Source of the DNA: Halodesulfurarchaeum sp.
GTDB lineage: Archaea > Halobacteriota > Halobacteria > Halobacteriales > Halobacteriaceae
Reading direction: 5' to 3'
Length of the DNA stretch: 11,655 bases
Assembly: GCA_042216015.1 (NCBI GenBank)
Contig: JBDGUI010000008.1
Span: 1-11,655, forward strand
Shown: piece by piece, positions 6,678 through 11,655 of the stretch
Layout of the letters: each line of letters opens with the position of its first letter
Numbering within the stretch: position 1 is the first letter of the stretch
Position numbers and translations under genes: made by a program
Notes under the pieces: generated by a model
Told to the model about the DNA's origin: nothing
The model's database searches: none
What the model saw: the letters and a program-made list of their open reading frames with translations, nothing else

Positions 6678-8411
6678 GTGCCGCGATCTTCACCGGTCCG
6701 TATCGTCAAACGCCTGACGAAGGCCGGACTCAACGCCGACCGCGAGGCGGTTACCCTCCTCGCCAGCGCGGCGAATCCGGACCGGGCCGTCGAACGGGTC
6801 ATCGACCGGATGGACGAGGAGACGGTGACCCTCCAGACCGAAGACGTGCGAACGGTACTCGAAGACGCTCGCGTCAGGTCGGGAGGCGAGGCCGATTCGA
6901 ACCCGAGTTCGGGGCCGCCAGATACCACCATTTCGGGTGGAGGTGAAAACGACGAAAACCAAAATACGGCAATCGATTCTTCACCTGAAATAAAGGGGGT
7001 GGAAACGGCCAATTCCGATGGGACTGGAGTTTCGAAATCATCGAGCACTATAACCCCAGGTGGCGAACCCACGACTCCTGCATCGTCGGGTGCGGAACCG
7101 GTGACCCCTGTGTCTTCCGGTCGGGAGCGGACGGATTCGGATGCCCGACCCCCGAACCGGTCGACTGAAACCTCGCCCACCCGGGATACCGAGTCGAGTC
7201 GAAATCCGGAACCGCCGACGATCTCGGGGGACGTGACGGGCGAAAGCACCGGAACCGGCGTCTACGAGGACTTCGTGGCCGTGTTCCGGGACCGGTACGA
7301 ACGCCTCTCCGCGATGCTTCGGGGACGGGTCAACCATCGTCCGACGGACGCCCTCGAAAACATGGCCGGCGGATCCGACGCCGCCCTCATCGGGATGGTC
7401 ACGGACGTCCGCTCGACACGCAACGGTCACCGGCTGATCGACCTCGAGGACACGAATGGGACCTTCCCGGCGCTGGTGATGAAGGACCGGGAGTTCGCCG
7501 GGAGGGTCGACGAACTCCTGCTCGATGAGGTGATCGGCGTCGAGGGAACCCTCGCGGACGACTCGGGAATCATCTTCGTCGATCAACTCTACTTCCCCGA
7601 CGTCCCGAGAACGTTCACGCCCCAGACCGCCGACCGCCACGTCCAGGCCGCCCTCGTGAGCGATCTCCACGTCGGGAGCCAGGAGTTCCTGGCCGACGCC
7701 TGGGACCGGTTCACCGACTGGTTGCACGGGCCCGCGGGCGCGAACGTGGAGTATCTCCTGATCGCCGGGGACATGGTCGAGGGGGTAGGGGTCTATCCCG
7801 GTCAGGACGACGAACTCGACGTCGTGGACATCTACGAGCAGTACGAGCACTTCGCCGAGCGGCTGAAGGCCGTTCCCGGCGACATGGAGCTCGTCATGAT
7901 CCCGGGGAACCACGACGCCGTCCGGCTGGCCGAACCGCAACCAGCCTTCGAGCCGGAACTCAGGGAGATCATGGCCGCCCACGATGCGACGATCACCGCG
8001 AATCCCTCGCTGGTCGAGATCGAGGGGGTCTCGATCCTCATGTACCACGGCGTCTCACTCGACGAACTCGTCGCCGAACTCCCCCTCGAGTCGGTGAGCT
8101 ACGACCATCCCGCCCGGGCGATGGCCCAGCTCGTGAAAAAGCGCCATCTGGCCCCGACGTTCGGGGGCAAGAACCGGATCGCCCCGGAGAAACGGGACTA
8201 CCTCGTGATCGAGGAGGTCCCGGACGTCGTCCACTCGGGGCACGTCCACAAGCTGGGTGTCGACGCGTATCACGACGTTCGCCTGATCAATTCGGGATGC
8301 TTCCAGGGACAGACCGCATTCCAGCGCAGCGTCAACATCGATCCCGACACCGGAACGGTTCCAATTCTCGACCTCGACACCCTCGACGTGACCGTCCGAA
8401 AGTTCACGTGA
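6678..8411 (+). CDS. polD1: DNA polymerase D small subunit DP1 (3'-5' proofreading exonuclease, calcineurin-like phosphoesterase)
   Basis: N-terminal (V/M)PRSSPVRIVKRLTKAGLNADREAVTLLA, a low-complexity linker, an OB fold (GMVTDVRSTRNGH...LEDTNG), and the motifs SDLHVGS, IAGDMVEG, PGNHDAVR, YHGVSLD, GHVH, QTAFQ. GTG at 6678 is the likely start (577 aa). Confidence 0.95.
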   Translation: MPRSSPVRIVKRLTKAGLNADREAVTLLASAANPDRAVERVIDRMDEETVTLQTEDVRTVLEDARVRSGGEADSNPSSGPPDTTISGGGENDENQNTAIDSSPEIKGVETANSDGTGVSKSSSTITPGGEPTTPASSGAEPVTPVSSGRERTDSDARPPNRSTETSPTRDTESSRNPEPPTISGDVTGESTGTGVYEDFVAVFRDRYERLSAMLRGRVNHRPTDALENMAGGSDAALIGMVTDVRSTRNGHRLIDLEDTNGTFPALVMKDREFAGRVDELLLDEVIGVEGTLADDSGIIFVDQLYFPDVPRTFTPQTADRHVQAALVSDLHVGSQEFLADAWDRFTDWLHGPAGANVEYLLIAGDMVEGVGVYPGQDDELDVVDIYEQYEHFAERLKAVPGDMELVMIPGNHDAVRLAEPQPAFEPELREIMAAHDATITANPSLVEIEGVSILMYHGVSLDELVAELPLESVSYDHPARAMAQLVKKRHLAPTFGGKNRIAPEKRDYLVIEEVPDVVHSGHVHKLGVDAYHDVRLINSGCFQGQTAFQRSVNIDPDTGTVPILDLDTLDVTVRKFT

Positions 8412-8582
8412 GCGGGAGAGAATGCCGGGAGTAAATGGGGTGGGAGAGGAGGTTTGAATGGCCCCCTCTTTCGTCGAACCGGTCGATACACCGACACCGT
8501 CGCGGTCGAAGGACACAGTTATCATCGCCGCCGCGTTACTCGCGGCTATGCACCTCTGTAGCACGACTCGGAGGCGTCTCGT

Positions 8583-9761
8583 ATGCGTGTAGTCACGAAA
8601 TTCGGGGGAACCAGTCTGGGCAGCGGCGAGCGGATCGATCGGGCGGCGGACTCCATCGCCGACGTCGCCGAGGCGGGCCACGAGATCGCCGTCGTCGCGA
8701 GCGCAATGGGAAACACCACTGACGAACTCCTCGAGGCCATCGCCTTCGACGCGACCGACGCGGACGAGGCCGAGATCGTCTCGATGGGCGAACGGACCAG
8801 CGTTCGCCTCCTCAAGGCCGCGCTCACGGCCCGTGACATCGACTCGACCTTCGTCGAACCGGGTCATCCGGACTGGCCCATCGTCACGAACGAGCTGGGC
8901 GAGGTCCTCCCCGAGGAGACCCGGCGGCGTGCGAAACGCCTGGCCGGGAAACTCGGGGAGACGGTCCCCATCCTGACGGGGTTTCTGGCCGAGGACCCCG
9001 AGGGCAACACGACGACGCTCGGGCGGGGCGGCAGCGACACGACCGCGGTGATGCTCGGCCAGTACATGGACGCCGACCAGGTCGTCATCGTCACCGACGT
9101 CGAGGGTGTGATGACCGGGGATCCGAACGTCGTGGAGGGGGCACAGAACGTCGGCGAGATAACCGTCGACGAACTGCGAAACCTCTCCTTCCGCGGGGCG
9201 GAGGTGGTCGCGCCAAGTGCGCTGAGTTACAAGGACGAGGATCTGACCGTCCGGGTGATCCACTACCAGCATCGGGACATCCTTTCGGGGGGAACGAGCA
9301 TCGAGGGCAAGTTCGAGCACATGGTGGACATGCGGGAGGACCCGCTCTCCTGTCTCACCGTGGCCGGGCGGGCGATCCGGAACACGCCGGGCATCCTCCA
9401 CTCGCTCTCGGGCGCGCTCTACGACGCCGGAATCAACATCGACGCGGTCGCCTCGGGGATGGACTCGATCACCGTCTACGTCGACGGCGACGTCGCGAAG
9501 ACGGCAGAAAACGTCCTCCACGACAAGATCATCGAGAACAACACCCTCTCGAGTGTCACCGTCACGGACGACATCGCGGTCATCAGGGTCCTCGGGACCG
9601 AGTTCCCCGACCAGCCCGGTGTCGTTTCGGGCATCGTCTCGCCACTCGCCGAGGCACACATCAACCTCATCGACGTGATCACGTCGGCGACCTCCGTTGC
9701 CGTCTTCGTCCCCTGGGCCGATCGCGAGGAGGGACTCGAAATCGTCCACGACGCATTTTGA
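8583..9761 (+). CDS. lysC: Aspartate kinase with two C-terminal ACT domains
   Basis: KFGGTS, VVASAMGNTTD, SMGERTS, TTLGRGGSDTTA, TDVEGVMTGDP, and ACT-like repeats (TPGIL...GINID; QPGVV...HINLID). SD-like GGAGG at 8570-8574. Confidence 0.95.
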   Translation: MRVVTKFGGTSLGSGERIDRAADSIADVAEAGHEIAVVASAMGNTTDELLEAIAFDATDADEAEIVSMGERTSVRLLKAALTARDIDSTFVEPGHPDWPIVTNELGEVLPEETRRRAKRLAGKLGETVPILTGFLAEDPEGNTTTLGRGGSDTTAVMLGQYMDADQVVIVTDVEGVMTGDPNVVEGAQNVGEITVDELRNLSFRGAEVVAPSALSYKDEDLTVRVIHYQHRDILSGGTSIEGKFEHMVDMREDPLSCLTVAGRAIRNTPGILHSLSGALYDAGINIDAVASGMDSITVYVDGDVAKTAENVLHDKIIENNTLSSVTVTDDIAVIRVLGTEFPDQPGVVSGIVSPLAEAHINLIDVITSATSVAVFVPWADREEGLEIVHDAF

Positions 9762-9767
9762 ACAACC

Positions 9768-10526
9768 ATGACAGCAACCGACACGGAGTGGCGGCTGATT
9801 CCCGCGGGGCAGTTCGACGCGTACATGAACATGGCCCTCGACGAGGCGATCCAGGAGCGGGTCGCCGACGGCGCAGATCCCGTCATCCGGCTCTACCGGT
9901 GGGAGCCCGCGGCGGTCAGCGTCGGTTACTTCCAGCGCCTCCGCGAGGAGGTCGACGTCGATCGGTGTGAGACAGGTGGCATCGATTACGTCCGGCGCCG
10001 AACCGGCGGGGGCGCGGTCTATCACGATCCCGACGGCGAGTTGACCTACTCCGTCATCGCCCCGGAATCGATCTATCCCTCGGACGTCGAGGAGAGTTAC
10101 CGGGCGATCATCGATCGGGTGATCGACGGCTTCTCGCGGCTCGGGATCGACGCCGAGTTCGCCCCGATCAACGACGTCGAGGCCGACGGGCGGAAGCTCT
10201 CAGGGAACGCCCAGACCCGCCGGGACGGCGTGCTCCTCCAGCATGGAACCCTGCTCTACGATCTGGACCCCGAGCGGATGTTCACGGCCCTTTCGGTGGA
10301 TGCCGAGAAGATTTCGGAGAAACACCTCGAGCGGGCCCGCGACCGGGTGGCGACCGTCACCTCGATGAGTGATGCCTCGATGGAGGACCTTCGCGAGGCG
10401 ATGATCGAGGCCTTCACCGAGGGCCGCAAGTTCCGCGAGAGCGAGTATCGCGAGGCCGAACGCGAGCGCGCCACGGAACTCGCCGAAACGCGATACTCGA
10501 CCGACGAGTGGAACTTCAAACGCTGA
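9768..10526 (+). CDS. lplA: Lipoate-protein ligase family protein (catalytic domain only; LplA-N/LipM-like)
   Basis: NMALDEA, RLYRW...SVGYFQ, RRRTGGGAVYHD, ND, GRKLSGNAQ (catalytic Lys), LLQHGTLL. 252 aa with no C-terminal LplA domain. Confidence 0.88.
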   Translation: MTATDTEWRLIPAGQFDAYMNMALDEAIQERVADGADPVIRLYRWEPAAVSVGYFQRLREEVDVDRCETGGIDYVRRRTGGGAVYHDPDGELTYSVIAPESIYPSDVEESYRAIIDRVIDGFSRLGIDAEFAPINDVEADGRKLSGNAQTRRDGVLLQHGTLLYDLDPERMFTALSVDAEKISEKHLERARDRVATVTSMSDASMEDLREAMIEAFTEGRKFRESEYREAERERATELAETRYSTDEWNFKR

Positions 10527-10559
10527 GAACTCCGCGGTCCCGGAACGGGTATCAGAGGG

Positions 10560-11471
10560 CTACCGCGAGCCCAACGATGTCGGCTCGGCTCCCCCCTCGA
10601 CCACGGTCTCGACGAACAGTTCTCCGGCGCGGTAGGACGACCGAACAGTCGGCCCGGCAGCGACGTACCGGAAGCCGAGTTCCTCGCCGAACTCACGGTA
10701 GGCTTCGAACTGCTTCGGTGGCACGTAATTCTCGACCTCGGGATGGGCACTCGAGGGCCGGAGGTACTGGCCCACGGTCAGAAAGTCGACGGCCGCTCCC
10801 CGGAGGTCCCCCATCGCCTCCCGAATCTCTGGTTCGGTCTCACCGAAGCCAACCATGAGCGAACTCTTCGTGAAGATCGAGGAATCCAGGTTCTTGACCT
10901 CCTCCAGAACCGAGAGGGACTGGGAGTAGCCAGCCCGAAAGTCCCGCACCTCGGCCTGGAGGCGCCTGACCGTCTCCACGTTGTGCCCGATCACGTCTGG
11001 CCCGGCCCGGACGATCTCCCGGAGGGACTCGGTCGACCCGCCGAAGTCCGGAATGAGCACCTCGATCCGCGTCTCGGGATTTCGATCGGCGACGCGTTCG
11101 ATGCACTCGGCGAAGTGGGCGGCCCCGCCGTCCGGAAGGTCGTCGCGGTCCACCGACGTGATGACGGCGTACGCGAGATCGAGATCGGCGACGGCCTCGG
11201 CGAGCCGATCGGGTTCGGTGGGGTCGGGGGTCCCCTCGGCCGGAACGCCGGTGGGGACATCACAGAAGTCACAGTTCCGGGTACAGGTATCCCCCATGAT
11301 CATGAACGTCGCCGTGCGCTCTTGGGCCCAGCATTCCTCGCGGTTCGGGCAGGAGGCCGACTCGCAGACGGTGTGAAGCGATCGGTCCGCCACCGTCTCG
11401 TGGACGGCGTGGTGTCGGCGCTCCACGCCGGAGAGTTCCTCGCGTATCCAGTCCGGCTTGGGACGGGCCAT
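10560..11471 (-). CDS. lipA: Lipoyl synthase (radical SAM)
   Basis: KPDW; auxiliary-cluster motif CESASCPNREEC (CX4CX5C); radical SAM motif CTRNCDFC; ITSVDRDDLPDGGA; HNVETV; GQYLRP; RSSY. Confidence 0.96.
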   Translation of the reverse strand: MARPKPDWIREELSGVERRHHAVHETVADRSLHTVCESASCPNREECWAQERTATFMIMGDTCTRNCDFCDVPTGVPAEGTPDPTEPDRLAEAVADLDLAYAVITSVDRDDLPDGGAAHFAECIERVADRNPETRIEVLIPDFGGSTESLREIVRAGPDVIGHNVETVRRLQAEVRDFRAGYSQSLSVLEEVKNLDSSIFTKSSLMVGFGETEPEIREAMGDLRGAAVDFLTVGQYLRPSSAHPEVENYVPPKQFEAYREFGEELGFRYVAAGPTVRSSYRAGELFVETVVEGGAEPTSLGSR

Positions 11472-11494
11472 GACCCCCCTAGTGGCTGAGACGG

Positions 11495-11500
11495 TTTAAC
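11495..11500 (-). promoter_or_regulatory. Putative TATA box of lipA
   Basis: Minus strand GTTAAA at -29 to -24 relative to ATG 11471. Confidence 0.5.
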
Positions 11501-11540
11501 CCGTGTGGAGGGCCCCGTGACTGGTCTCGGTCACGATCGC

Positions 11541-11655
11541 TTATTCCTGAACCTGTTCGGTCGTCCGGTCGTGGGTATGTTCGGTCGTCCGGTCGTGGGT
11601 ATGTTCGGTCGTCCGGTCGTGGGTATGTTCGGTCGTCCGACCGTGACCATGTTCG
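11541..11655 (-). CDS. Probable 3' end of a gene starting beyond the window, with a His-rich repetitive C-terminus
   Basis: Minus-strand frame ending in TAA (11541-11543) reads EHGHGRTT-EHTHDRTT-EHTHDRTT-EHTHDRTT-EQVQE*. Only 38 codons are visible and another open frame exists. Confidence 0.55.
   Translation of the reverse strand, partial: EHGHGRTTEHTHDRTTEHTHDRTTEHTHDRTTEQVQE
11554..11655. repeat. 24-bp tandem repeat (3 perfect copies, 1 degenerate, 1 partial)
   Basis: TGTTCGGTCGTCCGGTCGTGGGTA at 11554, 11578 and 11602; degenerate copy at 11626; partial copy from 11650 to the window end. Confidence 0.95.

Noticed and set aside
3301..8411. Inteins in Cdc6 or DP1
   Set aside because: The insertions lack intein termini (C/S...HN-C/S/T) and LAGLIDADG motifs.
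8412..8582. Lysine riboswitch before lysC, or a G-string (AAATGGGGTGGG) ORB after polD1
   Set aside because: No L-box consensus is visible and the probable leader is too short. The G-string has no TCCA-GAAA core.
8055..10025. 656-aa antisense ORF (also 3211-4377, 7038-8048, 10743-11489 and others)
   Set aside because: Shadow ORFs opposite well-supported genes, expected from high-GC GAC/GAG/GTC codon bias. No recognisable motifs.
11554..11655. Tandem repeat as a CRISPR array
   Set aside because: Units are contiguous with no unique spacers, and no cas genes are in view.

Overview
High-GC haloarchaeal (Halobacteria-like) chromosomal window containing the primary replication origin oriC1. From left to right: the minus-strand oapA-oapB-oapC operon (Era-like GTPase, DUF2073-type protein, and a Zn-ribbon protein that runs off the left edge and is missing from the ORF track); a ~1.4 kb origin intergenic region with two inverted G-string ORB elements flanking an AT-rich DUE; orc1/cdc6; a winged-HTH plus small membrane protein pair; S26 signal peptidase (sec11); DNA polymerase D small subunit (DP1); aspartate kinase; a single-domain lipoate ligase/octanoyltransferase convergent with lipoyl synthase; and a 24-bp tandem repeat that probably encodes a His-rich C-terminal tail of a gene beyond the right edge. 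The gene content is mostly conserved housekeeping. The most notable signal is an inverted pair of ORB-like motifs inside the DP1 coding sequence, arranged like the origin itself. Other notable signals are a perfect 12-bp inverted repeat in the DUE, a 23-bp tandem repeat in the HTH promoter, and a possible leaderless uORF overlapping the aspartate kinase start. All calls come from reading motifs by eye; no database searches were run.
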